A stretch of 64,000 nucleotides of DNA, taken from positions 66,496 to 130,495 of the forward strand of contig CAYSQI010000002.1 in assembly GCA_964433215.1 (NCBI GenBank), in the 5' to 3' direction. The notes below the pieces were generated by a model, which saw only the letters and a program-made list of their open reading frames with translations, did not search any database and was not told the origin of the DNA. Each line of letters begins with the position of its first letter. Position 1 is the first letter of the stretch. Made by a program: the position numbers and the translations under genes. Source of the stretch: an uncultured Bacteroides sp. (lineage in GTDB: Bacteria > Bacteroidota > Bacteroidia > Bacteroidales > Muribaculaceae). Positions 10,106 through 21,028 of this stretch are shown in pieces.

Positions 10106-13100
10106 ATGAAAAAGCTGTTTCTTTTACTCGTGGCAGTGCTGTCCATCGGCTTGTGTGCGTCGGCTCAGACGCGTACGGTCAAAGGTACAGTGCTCGACGC
10201 CGAAAATGACGAGCCGCTGATTGGCGTGTCAGTGACAGCGGGAAATGACGCAATGGGCGTCACTACCGATGTTGACGGCGACTTTACCATCGTAGTTCCT
10301 GAGTCGGCCAAGCACTTGACAATCTCGTACATTGGCTACCAGACTCAGACAGTAAAAATCTCAGACTCTAAACTGGTCATTAAACTCCAGTCGAGCACAA
10401 TGGGCCTCGACGAAGTGATTGCCGTAGCTTACGGTACAGTTAAGAAGGCTGAGTACACTGGTTCTGCTTCGGTTGTGAAAGCAGACCAACTCCAAGATGT
10501 TCTCGTATCAAACGTTACAAACGCCCTGTCGGGTAAGATGTCGGGTGTGATCACTCAGAGCTCTAACGGCCAGCCCGGTAGCTCTGCTTCGGTCCTCATT
10601 CGCGGTATTGGTTCTATCAATACTTCGAGCTCGCCTCTTTATGTAGTCGACGGTATGCCTTACAATGGCGATATCGCTGCTATCCCGACTACCGATATCG
10701 AAGCAATCACCGTTCTGAAGGATGCTGCTTCGACTGCTCTGTATGGCGAACGTGGTGCCAACGGCGTAATTCAGATTACCACCAAGCGTGGCCGTGAGGG
10801 TTCCGCACGCGTGACTATTGACATGCGTTGGGGCCAGAACTCGCGCATGCTTCCCAACTATGACGTAATTTCTGATACTCGTCAGTATCTTGAAACCTAC
10901 TACCAAGCTATCTATAACACACAGTACTACTATAACGGTCGTACAAAAGAAGCAGCTGCTGCTTACGCTGCAAACGCTGTATTCCCCAACCTCGGTTATA
11001 CAACCTTTACCGTTCCCGAAGGTCAAAACTACTTCGGTGCTGACGGTAAGTTCAACCCCAACGCTACCGAAGGCTATAGCAATGGTCGCTACTTCTTCAA
11101 GGTCGACGATTGGGAAAAATATGCACTTACCAAGGGCCTCCGTCAGGAATACAATATGTCGGTGACCGGTGGTACTGATCGTATCAACTACTACCTCTCG
11201 GGTACCTACCTGGGCGACGAAGGTATTATCTATGCTTCAGACTTCAAGCGTTTCAGCACTCGCGCCGCTGTTGACTTCAAGGTTAACAATTGGTTGATGC
11301 TGAACTCCTCGATCATGTACACTTACTATGACACCGGTAGCCCCGACAACCAGACCAATGGCGGTGCTTCGACTGTCAACACCTTCTACTTTGTCAATGG
11401 TATCGCTCCTGTTTACCCGATGTTCGTCCGCGGCGTCGATGGCCAGGTAATGCGCGATGTAGCTCTCGGCAACAAGCCTGTCTATGACTACGGCGACGGC
11501 CACGACTATGGCAACGGCCTCATTGGCGCTATGCGTTCGCAGAGCGGTAACCCGACCGGTAACCTCATCTACGACACCAACCGCTACTACTGTGACATCT
11601 TCGACGGCAAGTGGTCAGCTCGTCTGACTCCCCTGGCAGGTCTGACTATCACCGGTTCTGCCGGCTTGTTCATTGACAACACTCGCTATAGCAGCCTCGC
11701 TAACCCCTTCTATGGTCAGAACTCAACTGCCGGTGGCTCAGTATACCAGGCAACTGATCGTCTGCGCACTCTGACATTCCAGGCCATCGCTGAATACACC
11801 AAGACATTCAATGATGTTCACAACTTCACCATCATGGCCGGTTACGAAAACGAAGACTACCACTCGGAAGGCATCCAGGCTATTGGTTACAACCTCTACC
11901 AGCCCTTCGTACCCGTTGTAAACAACACCAGCGATGACCGTCGTGGTTATGGCTCAGCCGCTAACCTTGTTCACCGTGCTATCATCGGTCGTATCCGCTA
12001 TAACTTCAACGACCGCTACTTCGTTTCGGGTTCGGTTCGTCGCGGTGCTTCTTCGCGTTTCGCTGAAGACAAGCGTTGGGGTACCTTCTTCTCGGCCAGC
12101 GCCGGTTGGGATATCGCCAAGGAACATTTCATGGAAGACTTCACTAACGTCGACCAGTTGAAATTCAAGGCTTCGTTCGGTCAGAACGGTAATGACCTTA
12201 TCGGTAGCAACTACATCGCATACGCTGACCAGTATAAGATTTCCGGTTCAGACGGCGTCTGGTCAGATGGTGTGCTCACTTACAAAGGTAACCCCGATGT
12301 AACCTGGGAAAAATCTAACGCATTCAACATCGGTTTCGACTTCAGCTTCTTCAAAGGCAAGCTGAGTGGTACTGCCGAATACTACAACCGTCAGACTTCT
12401 GACATGCTCTTCAACATCCCCGTTTCGCCCTCACTTGGCTATTCGTCGATGCCTAAGAACGTTGGTTCGATGCGTAACAATGGTTTCGAAATCGAACTCA
12501 ACTACCGTCCCGTTAACACTAAGGACGTGACTGTTGACATCTTCGCAAATGCTACCTTCCAGGGCAACAAGATTCTGGAACTTGCTCCCGAAATCATGAC
12601 CTACAACGAACAGTTCGACTGCGACTTCTGGCGCTACTCGAATACCCACTGGTTCAAGGAAGGTGAATCGATGTATCAGTACTACCTCGTAGAAGATGCC
12701 GGCATCGTTCACAACCAGGCCGAACTCGACGAAGTTGTTGCCGCCGGTGGCGTTGGCGAACTTGGTGGCCGTCTCTTCTGGGCCAAGGATCCCGAAACCG
12801 GTGAAATGTACCGTACCGGTGAATATCAGACCGCTCTCGACACTCACCGCAAGTGCACCGGCAACCTCCTGCCCAAGGTATATGGTGGTTTTGGCTTCAA
12901 TGTTAACGCCTATGGTTTCGACCTCTCCGCTACCTTCTCTTATCAGCTCGGCGGCCGCCTGGTCGACTACGGTTATCAGAACGTGATGCAGCCCGGTACC
13001 AATGTTGGTATGAACATGCACAAGGACCTGCTCAATGCGTGGACTGAAGACAATCAGAACACCAATATTCCGAAGCTCTATACCACTACCGGTTATCAGT

Positions 13101-13363
13101 ACGCTACTGCAATCACCGAAGAGACATTCCTCACCTCGAGCAACTATCTGTCGCTCAACAACGTGACTTTCGGTTACACTCTGCCCCAGAGCCTCACATC
13201 GAAGCTCCAGCTCGGCTCGGTTCGCGTATACTTCTCGGGTGAAAACCTCGCTCTGTGGTCGCGTCGCAAGGGTCTTGACCCCCGCCAAGGCTTCGGCTCG
13301 TCTGAGAACTACACCTACTCTCCTATTCGCACCCTTTCGGGCGGTATCAACATCTCGTTCTAA
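10106..13363 (+). CDS. SusC/RagA-family TonB-dependent outer membrane transporter
   Basis: N-terminal carboxypeptidase-like domain (VKGTVLDAENDEPLIGVSV), plug motif IEAITVLKDAASTALYGERGANGVIQITTK, C-terminal SGGINISF. Confidence 0.97.
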   Translation: MKKLFLLLVAVLSIGLCASAQTRTVKGTVLDAENDEPLIGVSVTAGNDAMGVTTDVDGDFTIVVPESAKHLTISYIGYQTQTVKISDSKLVIKLQSSTMGLDEVIAVAYGTVKKAEYTGSASVVKADQLQDVLVSNVTNALSGKMSGVITQSSNGQPGSSASVLIRGIGSINTSSSPLYVVDGMPYNGDIAAIPTTDIEAITVLKDAASTALYGERGANGVIQITTKRGREGSARVTIDMRWGQNSRMLPNYDVISDTRQYLETYYQAIYNTQYYYNGRTKEAAAAYAANAVFPNLGYTTFTVPEGQNYFGADGKFNPNATEGYSNGRYFFKVDDWEKYALTKGLRQEYNMSVTGGTDRINYYLSGTYLGDEGIIYASDFKRFSTRAAVDFKVNNWLMLNSSIMYTYYDTGSPDNQTNGGASTVNTFYFVNGIAPVYPMFVRGVDGQVMRDVALGNKPVYDYGDGHDYGNGLIGAMRSQSGNPTGNLIYDTNRYYCDIFDGKWSARLTPLAGLTITGSAGLFIDNTRYSSLANPFYGQNSTAGGSVYQATDRLRTLTFQAIAEYTKTFNDVHNFTIMAGYENEDYHSEGIQAIGYNLYQPFVPVVNNTSDDRRGYGSAANLVHRAIIGRIRYNFNDRYFVSGSVRRGASSRFAEDKRWGTFFSASAGWDIAKEHFMEDFTNVDQLKFKASFGQNGNDLIGSNYIAYADQYKISGSDGVWSDGVLTYKGNPDVTWEKSNAFNIGFDFSFFKGKLSGTAEYYNRQTSDMLFNIPVSPSLGYSSMPKNVGSMRNNGFEIELNYRPVNTKDVTVDIFANATFQGNKILELAPEIMTYNEQFDCDFWRYSNTHWFKEGESMYQYYLVEDAGIVHNQAELDEVVAAGGVGELGGRLFWAKDPETGEMYRTGEYQTALDTHRKCTGNLLPKVYGGFGFNVNAYGFDLSATFSYQLGGRLVDYGYQNVMQPGTNVGMNMHKDLLNAWTEDNQNTNIPKLYTTTGYQYATAITEETFLTSSNYLSLNNVTFGYTLPQSLTSKLQLGSVRVYFSGENLALWSRRKGLDPRQGFGSSENYTYSPIRTLSGGINISF

Positions 13364-13390
13364 TCTCTAACGAAGAAAATTTAGACTACA

Positions 13391-15034
13391 ATGAAAGCTA
13401 TAACAAAATATCTGTCACTTGCGCTTATTGCCTCGACAGTGGTGTCTTGCTCTGACCTCGACACTGAATACTGGGACGATAGTGTGACGACTGGTCAGAA
13501 GGAAAATACTCTGGCCCAGAACCCCGATATGGCTTCCGCTGCTGTTAATGCTGTGTCGTCGCAGTTTGGTAGCTACTTTGGCCAGGTTTATGGTGGTCAG
13601 CACTGGGAATATGGTTATCCTTCGATTATGAGCGGTCTCGACAGCCAGACCGACTCTTATCTGGCTAAGATTCCTTACACTTCGTCGCACGTTTATTGGT
13701 TCAGCTTCTATCAGCGCACCCCCAACGGCGTGTCTACCAACTATACTTGGTATCACATGTACAAGCAGATTTCGCTCTGCAACGCTCTCGCTGTTACTAT
13801 CCCTGCTGATACCGACAACGAAGAACTGAAGTTCTACCGCGCTCAGGCTCTTACTGTTCGCGCATTCGACTACTGGGTACTTGCTCAGCTCTATCAGTTC
13901 AACTATGCTCTGAATCCTCAGGCTCTCTGCGTACCTATCATCACCGATGAAAACGAAAAGGAAGCTGCTGAGAATGGTGCACCTCGCGCTACTTGCGAAG
14001 AAGTTTTCGATCAGATTCTCAAAGACATCAACGAAGCTATCGCTCTGTTCGAAGGTTCGTCGACTACTCGCGAACGTGTCATGAGTGTTAAGCCCAAACG
14101 TATGGCCAACCTCGCCGTTGCCTACGGTTTGCGCGCTCGTGCTTACCTGACCATGCATAAGTATCAGGAAGCTGCTAACGATGCAGCAAAGGCTATCGCT
14201 ATTCACGGTGGCGCTCCCTATTCAATCGCTGAAGTTTCGGTTCCCGGCGTTGACAATTCAGAAGCAAGCTCTTGGATGTGGGGTATCTACGTTGCTGAGA
14301 GCGACCGCCCTGTCACCACCGGCATCTGTAACTGGCCTTCGCAGATCGGTACATTCACCGATGGCTATGCTAACTTTGGTGGCTGGCGTTGGATCAATAA
14401 GAAACTCTATGAATCTATCCCCACAACCGACGTTCGTAAGGGTTGGTTCCTTGATGAGAACTATACTTCGCCCAACTTGAGCAAGGCTCAGCAGGAATAC
14501 CTCACTCAGTATATCGATGTTGATGGCAATAACCTCTATGGTGCGATGAGTCAGTACATCATGCCTTACACTCAGGTTAAATTTGGCGAATACGGCGACA
14601 TGGGTGGCTACTGCGGTGCATACGAAGTGCCTCTGATGCGTGTCGAAGAAATGTACTACATCCAGGCCGAAGGTACTGCTATGGCAGGTAACCCCGCCGA
14701 AGGTGCAGCTCAGCTTGTTAACTTCGTTAAGACTTATCGCGACCCCGCTTACTCATTCGCAGGTGCTTCGGCTGAAGAAGTTCAAAACGAAATCGTGCGT
14801 CAGCGTAGCATCGAATTGTGGGGCGAAGGTCTCGCTTGGTTCGACGTGATGCGTCTCAACCGTGGTATCGACCGCACCGGTGGTGCTGCTATGGACGACT
14901 GGAACTACAAACTCGATCCCGGTTTCCCAGGTTTCATCTATTGCATCCCGCAGAATGAAATCACTGCCAACCGCGCAATTTCTGAAAGCGACAATAACCC
15001 GTCGGCTTCTGCTCCCCAGGCTATTCCGCAATAA
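13391..15034 (+). CDS. SusD/RagB-family lipoprotein
   Basis: Lipobox VSC-SD; RAFDYWVLAQLY, GLRARAYL, LMRVEEMYYIQAE, ELWGEGLAWFDVMR motifs; directly after susC. Confidence 0.95.
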   Translation: MKAITKYLSLALIASTVVSCSDLDTEYWDDSVTTGQKENTLAQNPDMASAAVNAVSSQFGSYFGQVYGGQHWEYGYPSIMSGLDSQTDSYLAKIPYTSSHVYWFSFYQRTPNGVSTNYTWYHMYKQISLCNALAVTIPADTDNEELKFYRAQALTVRAFDYWVLAQLYQFNYALNPQALCVPIITDENEKEAAENGAPRATCEEVFDQILKDINEAIALFEGSSTTRERVMSVKPKRMANLAVAYGLRARAYLTMHKYQEAANDAAKAIAIHGGAPYSIAEVSVPGVDNSEASSWMWGIYVAESDRPVTTGICNWPSQIGTFTDGYANFGGWRWINKKLYESIPTTDVRKGWFLDENYTSPNLSKAQQEYLTQYIDVDGNNLYGAMSQYIMPYTQVKFGEYGDMGGYCGAYEVPLMRVEEMYYIQAEGTAMAGNPAEGAAQLVNFVKTYRDPAYSFAGASAEEVQNEIVRQRSIELWGEGLAWFDVMRLNRGIDRTGGAAMDDWNYKLDPGFPGFIYCIPQNEITANRAISESDNNPSASAPQAIPQ

Positions 15035-15064
15035 TTATTCATCAACTTCATTCAATAGTAAATT

Positions 15065-16987
15065 ATGAAATTCTTCAAATATACGTTGATTGCAGCTGCG
15101 ACAGCTATGTCGCTGGGCTTTACCGCCTGCGATGACGATGATGATTACACGCCCGGCGCACAAAGCAATGGCGTCCTCTTCCCGTCGCAAGCCACCACGG
15201 TTGAGCTGGAGACTGCTTCTACATCAATGACTGTGACCGTTTCGCGTTTCGGTCTGACTGATGCCGCCACTTATTCGTTGGCGTCAACCGTTTCGGTTGA
15301 TGGTGCGGTGCTGACTGCTGAAGAAAGCCCTATCCATGTACCTGCTCAGGTGACATTCGCAGCTAACGAATCGACCGTCGAACTCGTTATTCCCGTTGAT
15401 GCAGCTTCGATGCCTACCTCGGTTCCTTACACCGTTTCGCTGGCAGTAGGCGAAGGCTCTCCTGCCTTTAACTATGGCAATACTACCTTAACCCTCAGTG
15501 TAGTTCGCGCTGAAGCTTGGGGTGAATGGCAGGCCTACGACAAATCAGGTGTCGGTACCTGGACTTATGCCCTTGGTCTTGACTATTTTGCTACCGGTGA
15601 TGATCCTGACCTCCCTGTATGGGTTCGTTACAACAGCGAAAAGCCTGATCAGGCTCAGTTCCTGGTTGAACATTGGGGCTATGACTCGCCGTTGTATATC
15701 AATTGGAACACGAAGACAAATTATGTATCTATTCCTGCGCAGGGCACCGGACAAGTGCTTAATATCTCAGGATATGGCGAGTTTGAGCTTTATATCATGT
15801 CGTACGATGTCTATGCTGAGTTGAATGGCGCTGGTCCTGCAGATTATGCAGAGGCTCAGGCTGCATCAACTTTCGATAGCACGACCGGTCTGTTCGATAT
15901 TTTCGTGTGCTATGGTGTCTTTTTGACTAGTGATTATTTCGCTATGTTAAGTGGTAATGACCCCTACGGATACGAGCAATTGCAACTTGGCGAATATGCT
16001 GACTATAGCCTCCAAATGGCCTATAAAGGCGTCTTTACCGGCGCTGATGGAAGCATGTCGGCTGTGATTACTTCCAATATCGGCGCGAGCGCCACGAAGG
16101 CTGTATTCGCTGCTTCGAAGGATTACTCAAGTGCTAATGAACTTCTGTCTGCTGTGCTTTCAGGCGCTGTTGCTACTGTAGAAGCAGCTCCCGGTCAGGG
16201 CGTAGATGTAGAAATTCCTGTCACGGGTGCCGGTGATTACTACGCTGTCGGCGTTACTTACTCGGGCGATGAACCCATGAATGCCGAAGCTGTGAAGTTT
16301 ACAATTGCAGGTGGTGCTTCCGGATGGAAGGACTGCTGCCCTGTTGAAGTCATTGATGGTTGGGTAATTCCTGCATTCCTCGTAGAAGGTGCTACTAACG
16401 AAGAAGTAGCTTGGAGGTGCCAAGGCCAAGTCAATAGCGAAGACCCCAACGTATATCGTCTCTTGAATCCGTACACTGATGAGAACTGTCCTCTGTACGA
16501 CTATAATAGCAATACCGGCTCGGTTGGTATCGTCATCGACGCAACCAACGAAGAGTGTGTAAAGATTGCGCCTCAGTACTCAGGCTTCTCCTTTAATAAC
16601 AGTGGTACTATGCTCGATTTCTTCATTGCAAATGTTGCCGGTTACTACGCGGATAACGGTATGTCTGATGATGAAATCTTGCAAAGAGGTTATGGTCAGG
16701 ATTGGGCTGACGGTTTCCTTGAAATCGAACTACCTATCTTTGGCTATAACGGCGGTGCAGATTTTGAAGCCTACAGTTGGAAAAATCCTGAGCCGACGAT
16801 TCTGTACTTCGATTTCGAAAGCGGTGCAAGTGCTCCTGCAAAAGCAAAAGCTTCTTTCGCCGGCATTAGCGCTAATCGTCTGAATGCTTCGTTGAAGAGC
16901 GGTTTCCGTCTCCCGCTTGAACGTACTTACTCAGTTCGCCCGGAGAATACCATTGGCACTGAAAACGTATTCCACCTCGTGAAATAA
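15065..16987 (+). CDS. Surface-exposed lipoprotein of the SusC/D unit (putative ligand-binding)
   Basis: Lipobox FTAC followed by DDDDD (acidic export signal); Ig-like N-terminus plus two aromatic-rich domains. Confidence 0.8.
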   Translation: MKFFKYTLIAAATAMSLGFTACDDDDDYTPGAQSNGVLFPSQATTVELETASTSMTVTVSRFGLTDAATYSLASTVSVDGAVLTAEESPIHVPAQVTFAANESTVELVIPVDAASMPTSVPYTVSLAVGEGSPAFNYGNTTLTLSVVRAEAWGEWQAYDKSGVGTWTYALGLDYFATGDDPDLPVWVRYNSEKPDQAQFLVEHWGYDSPLYINWNTKTNYVSIPAQGTGQVLNISGYGEFELYIMSYDVYAELNGAGPADYAEAQAASTFDSTTGLFDIFVCYGVFLTSDYFAMLSGNDPYGYEQLQLGEYADYSLQMAYKGVFTGADGSMSAVITSNIGASATKAVFAASKDYSSANELLSAVLSGAVATVEAAPGQGVDVEIPVTGAGDYYAVGVTYSGDEPMNAEAVKFTIAGGASGWKDCCPVEVIDGWVIPAFLVEGATNEEVAWRCQGQVNSEDPNVYRLLNPYTDENCPLYDYNSNTGSVGIVIDATNEECVKIAPQYSGFSFNNSGTMLDFFIANVAGYYADNGMSDDEILQRGYGQDWADGFLEIELPIFGYNGGADFEAYSWKNPEPTILYFDFESGASAPAKAKASFAGISANRLNASLKSGFRLPLERTYSVRPENTIGTENVFHLVK

Positions 16988-17008
16988 TTAAAGCGATAAT
17001 ACCCTTCC

Positions 17009-17042
17009 AAAAAGCGCGACTCATATCCGGGTCGCGCTTTTT
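17009..17042 (+). terminator. Intrinsic terminator of the susCD operon
   Basis: AAAAAGCGCGAC-TCATATCCGG-GTCGCGCTTTTT. Confidence 0.88.
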
Positions 17043-17216
17043 ATGTTTGATTACTAAGTGTTCATCGTCGCCGGATGGGGGCCATTTGCAGGCCGGCTCC
17101 CCGTTTCGAATATTGCTTGTGTGTAGGTAATTTTTTTTGCGTTTGCGAATATGGTGTTCGGCCTTGTGTATTACCTTTGCAATGCAAAATAATTATTAAC
17201 CAATTTTGAAAACAAT

Positions 17217-17900
17217 ATGAAAACAAGTAATCATTCTCAAGCTGAAAGTGTATGCACCGCGTCGAAGTCGCAGGGTACAAAGATTTCGAAACGGACGCTG
17301 AAAGACGATGAAACGTGCCAAACTATTGAAGAGGCCTTGATTATGGCCGTCGGACATATCAAGTCAAATCCTCGCGATGCAGTACACATCTATCCTGTCG
17401 ACGATAATACTCCGCTACAGCCGTTTTTCGACGATCTCGGCATGGCTGTGGGAGGCTTGAGCTTGATAAGCAACCGGCCGGTGCTTTTCTCGGCATTGCA
17501 CGACAACATAGATATCACGTCGATTGAAGACTGCAAACGTATTGCAGCCGAGTTTAAATCATCGTTTGCCGAAAACGGGGTAGATAATGTTGACGTCGGT
17601 TATTGTTTTGTTTGCTCTGATTATACAGAGGCTTGGGATAACACTTGCGAGGTTGAATTATACCTTTCAGGCGACGTGGAATGCCTGTCGGCCGCGGTCG
17701 AGAGCTTCAACGATAAAGCCAAAGAGGCCGGAGGAAAACTAACCCTCGACTCCCGATTAAAAACCATTACCGGAACGGTAAAGACGCTTCCGGTCAAAGG
17801 TGGCATATTTGCAAAAGGACGAATTAAGAAGGCGAACAAAGCAATTGAGAATGCCTTGCAGGACCTTATCGTACAGGCAACGCCGTACCTTGAGGATTAA
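17217..17900 (+). CDS. Hypothetical protein, no recognisable family
   Basis: 227-codon ORF preceded by a TACCTTTG promoter motif and converging on the ArnT-like gene; no motif recognised. Confidence 0.6.
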   Translation: MKTSNHSQAESVCTASKSQGTKISKRTLKDDETCQTIEEALIMAVGHIKSNPRDAVHIYPVDDNTPLQPFFDDLGMAVGGLSLISNRPVLFSALHDNIDITSIEDCKRIAAEFKSSFAENGVDNVDVGYCFVCSDYTEAWDNTCEVELYLSGDVECLSAAVESFNDKAKEAGGKLTLDSRLKTITGTVKTLPVKGGIFAKGRIKKANKAIENALQDLIVQATPYLED

Positions 17901-17911
17901 TCAAGCCATTA

Positions 17912-19519
17912 TTACTTTACTTTGATAGCAATCCAGGCCGGGCGGCGCGTGTCGGCCAGGCGGCGTTTCAGTGTGTCGAGGCGATAGGTGTCGGGCAGGC
18001 CGACGGTGTCGGTTGCGTGTGGAATGATAAGGACTGTGCCGACGGGCTTCGATTTGGCCTCTGTGATGTCTGTCAGACGGCGCAAGCGGTCGCCGGTGTA
18101 GAAGTTGATGCAATAAGCATTTGCGACGATTTTATCGGGTCCTACGACGAAAATAGGATTATCACCGGCGATAGCTTCGATACGGGCGGCGTCGGCTTTG
18201 TCCGACAGTCGGTTGACGGCTGCGGGCATCAGTGCGCCACCATAGCAAGTAAGCAGCGCTGTCGTGATGACGCTTGCGCTCAAAATGCCGCTGTCGTCGC
18301 GATTTTTAAGCCACCAAATGATTGCTGCAGTAGGCGGCAAGAGAAGCAGAATGTACGCCCACCATGGCGCGCCGGCCATTGTGAACCCGGCCACCGGGCA
18401 GAATGTGGTGACGACGGCAAACAGAGGCGCTACGATGGCTATCGCACTTATTATGTAGGTGTAGATGCGGTTGATGCGCGTGGCTTTGAGGCCTTCGGCC
18501 AGCGAGGCTACGGCATAGGCCAAGAATGGATAGACGGGCAGCAGGTAGACACTGCGTTTGCTGGCAGGGATGCAGTAGAAGACTGTGACGACAACGATGA
18601 CAGTCAGCGCAAGGCGTCCGGCGGGCTTGAGTGATTGGCGTTTGAAGTGGCGCCGAGCGGCAATGGCCATCAGCGCGAGCAATGTCCACGGCAACATACC
18701 TACGATGATGGTCTGGAAATTGTACCAGAATGGGTTGACGTGCGATTCGTAGGGCATAGTGCCGGTGAGGCGCTGGAAGTTTTCTTCCCATACGAGTGCG
18801 AGGAACGAGTCGCCGCCGTCGAGCCATGCAAGATAGTACCACACGGCAGGTATGATGCAGGCAGCTATTGATAGGCCTAACATTCGCGCGAGTGTGCTGA
18901 GGAAGCGCTCGCCGCTCAGCAGGTAGTAGATGCCCATGACGAAGCATGGAAGTAGAGCTCCGACCGGCCCTTTTGTGAGCACGGCGCAGGTCAGCAGCGA
19001 CGTGGCCGCTATGTAGCGCCAAGCTGTGCCGCGGCCCGGGTCGGTCTGAATCCTGTATAGGAGGTAAATAGCCCCGACCATGCAGGCTGTCAGCACCATA
19101 TCGACGCGGCAAGCCACCGCAGCGCGGTAGACCTCGACCGAAGTGGCCAGCACGAGCGACATGACTAAGGCAAAGCGCTCGCCGCGCTCGCGGCGCGCCC
19201 AGAAGTAGCCGCCCATGACCATGGCAATAGCTGCGATGGCCGATGGCAGGCGCGAGATGAATTCGTTGACTACGCCGCCGTTGAATATCTTGGCGAAAAT
19301 GGCGATGAGCCAAGCCAGAAACGGGGGCTTGTATGGTATGTCGGTGCCATAGTTTACCGGCAAGATCCAGTCGCCCGACTGTAGCATCGATAGGGCGACG
19401 ATGGCTTCGCGAGGTTCGCCTTTTGAGTAAAACAATGTTTCGCCAAGCCAAGGAATCCACAGGATTGCGAGGCCGATGAAGAGCACGAGGCTCGGTCTGA
19501 GGTTAATCGGTCGTTTCAT
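17912..19519 (-). CDS. ArnT/PMT_2-like (GT83-type) membrane glycosyltransferase
   Basis: SKGEPREA...DWILP...YKPPFLAW, RLPSA, VDMVLT, LTKGPVG, SKRSVYLLP; start moved to MKRPINL (19519). Confidence 0.88.
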   Translation of the reverse strand: MKRPINLRPSLVLFIGLAILWIPWLGETLFYSKGEPREAIVALSMLQSGDWILPVNYGTDIPYKPPFLAWLIAIFAKIFNGGVVNEFISRLPSAIAAIAMVMGGYFWARRERGERFALVMSLVLATSVEVYRAAVACRVDMVLTACMVGAIYLLYRIQTDPGRGTAWRYIAATSLLTCAVLTKGPVGALLPCFVMGIYYLLSGERFLSTLARMLGLSIAACIIPAVWYYLAWLDGGDSFLALVWEENFQRLTGTMPYESHVNPFWYNFQTIIVGMLPWTLLALMAIAARRHFKRQSLKPAGRLALTVIVVVTVFYCIPASKRSVYLLPVYPFLAYAVASLAEGLKATRINRIYTYIISAIAIVAPLFAVVTTFCPVAGFTMAGAPWWAYILLLLPPTAAIIWWLKNRDDSGILSASVITTALLTCYGGALMPAAVNRLSDKADAARIEAIAGDNPIFVVGPDKIVANAYCINFYTGDRLRRLTDITEAKSKPVGTVLIIPHATDTVGLPDTYRLDTLKRRLADTRRPAWIAIKVK

Positions 19520-19614
19520 ATTTGGCAAAGATAGCCAATAATTCTGAATATTTTGCGAGTTATATCGACTTTTTTGCCGGTTTGTCAGACACATAAATAC
19601 GGCACATAAATACG

Positions 19615-19651
19615 GCGGCCCGACTGCAGGACGAGCTGCGAGTCGGGCCGC
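19615..19651 (-). terminator. Hairpin downstream of the malic enzyme gene
   Basis: GCGGCCCGACT...AGTCGGGCCGC 11-bp stem. Confidence 0.6.
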
Positions 19652-19678
19652 TATGATTTTGTGTGTTTGTAAGCGCGA

Positions 19679-21028
19679 TTATTGGCGTTGCTTAGGTGTG
19701 AAGCTACACTCGGATTGAGCCTTGATGAGGTAGCGTATCAGGGCGTCGTCGGTGCATTTGATGTATTCGAGGCTGCGAGCGTAGGCTTCGTAGTCGTCGA
19801 TGTGTCGACGCGCTACTCCCGAGGCCTCGGCGGCAGCGATGATGGCGGGCGCCACGGTGGTGAGCAGGCGGCGGTCGAAGGGCTTGGGCAAGATGTAGTG
19901 TCTGCCAAATCGCAGGTCGGGCTCGCCGTAGGCGGCTGCGAGGTCGTCGGGCACGGGCTCGTGAGCGAGCGCGGCGATGGCGATTGCGGCGGCTTTTTTC
20001 ATCTCTTCATTGATGCAAGTGGCGCGGCAGTCGAGGGCGGCGCGGAAGATGTAGGGGAAGCCGAGCACGTTGTTGATTTGGTTGGGATAGTCCGAACGGC
20101 CGGTGGCGAAAACGAGGTCGCTGCGCGAGCCTACGGCGGCCTCGTAGGCAATCTCGGGGTTGGGATTTGCCAGGGCGAAGACGATAGGTCGCTGAGCCAT
20201 CGATTTTATCATGTCGGGGGTAAGCACGTCGGCTACGGACAGGCCGAGGAACACGTCGGCATCGCGCATGGCATCGGCCAGGCTGTGCAGGTCGGTGCGG
20301 GTGGTGACAAATCGGCGTTTGAACTCGTTGAGGTCGGTGCGGCCGGTGTGAATCACGCCTTTCGAGTCGCACATGATGATGTTTTCGCGCTTCAGTCCGA
20401 GCGCGCAGTAGAGGTTGGTGCAGGCCATGGCGGCTGCGCCGGCGCCGTTGACAACGAGGCGAACCTTGCTGATGTCCTTTGCTTGGAGCTCGAGTGCGTT
20501 GAGCAGACCGGCGGCCGATATGATGGCTGTGCCGTGCTGGTCGTCGTGCATCACGGGGATTGAGCATTCGCGTTTGAGTGAATCTTCGATTTCGAAACAT
20601 TCAGGGGCTTTGATGTCCTCGAGGTTGATGCCACCGAAGGTCGGTGCGAGCGATTTGACGATTTCGACGAAGCGTTTGGGGTCTTTTTCGTTGATTTCGA
20701 TGTCGAATGCGTCGAGTCCGGCGAAAATTTTGAAGAGCAGCGCTTTACCTTCCATGACCGGCTTTGCGGCTTCAGCGCCTATGTCGCCGAGGCCGAGGAC
20801 GGCGGTGCCGTTGCTGATGACGGCTACGAGGTTGCCGCGCGATGTGTATTCGTAGGCAGCAGTGGGGTCGTCTTTGATGGCCAGGCAGGGGTACGCAACG
20901 CCCGGCGAGTAGGCCAAGGCTAAGTCGGCCGGAGTGTTATAGGGCTTGGTCGGCACGACTTCGATTTTGCCTGGTTTGGGCAGTCGATGGTAGTCGAGCG
21001 CCTCGCGTTCGGTAGTTTCTTTGTTCAT
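19679..21028 (-). CDS. NAD(P)-dependent malic enzyme, MaeB-type catalytic part without the PTA domain
   Basis: [78 protein letters not shown]. Confidence 0.95.
   Translation of the reverse strand: MNKETTEREALDYHRLPKPGKIEVVPTKPYNTPADLALAYSPGVAYPCLAIKDDPTAAYEYTSRGNLVAVISNGTAVLGLGDIGAEAAKPVMEGKALLFKIFAGLDAFDIEINEKDPKRFVEIVKSLAPTFGGINLEDIKAPECFEIEDSLKRECSIPVMHDDQHGTAIISAAGLLNALELQAKDISKVRLVVNGAGAAAMACTNLYCALGLKRENIIMCDSKGVIHTGRTDLNEFKRRFVTTRTDLHSLADAMRDADVFLGLSVADVLTPDMIKSMAQRPIVFALANPNPEIAYEAAVGSRSDLVFATGRSDYPNQINNVLGFPYIFRAALDCRATCINEEMKKAAAIAIAALAHEPVPDDLAAAYGEPDLRFGRHYILPKPFDRRLLTTVAPAIIAAAEASGVARRHIDDYEAYARSLEYIKCTDDALIRYLIKAQSECSFTPKQRQ

Noticed and set aside
19591-19616. ACATAAATACGGC tandem duplication next to the malic enzyme terminator
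   Set aside because: Two copies of 13 bp, consistent with simple slippage; no functional context
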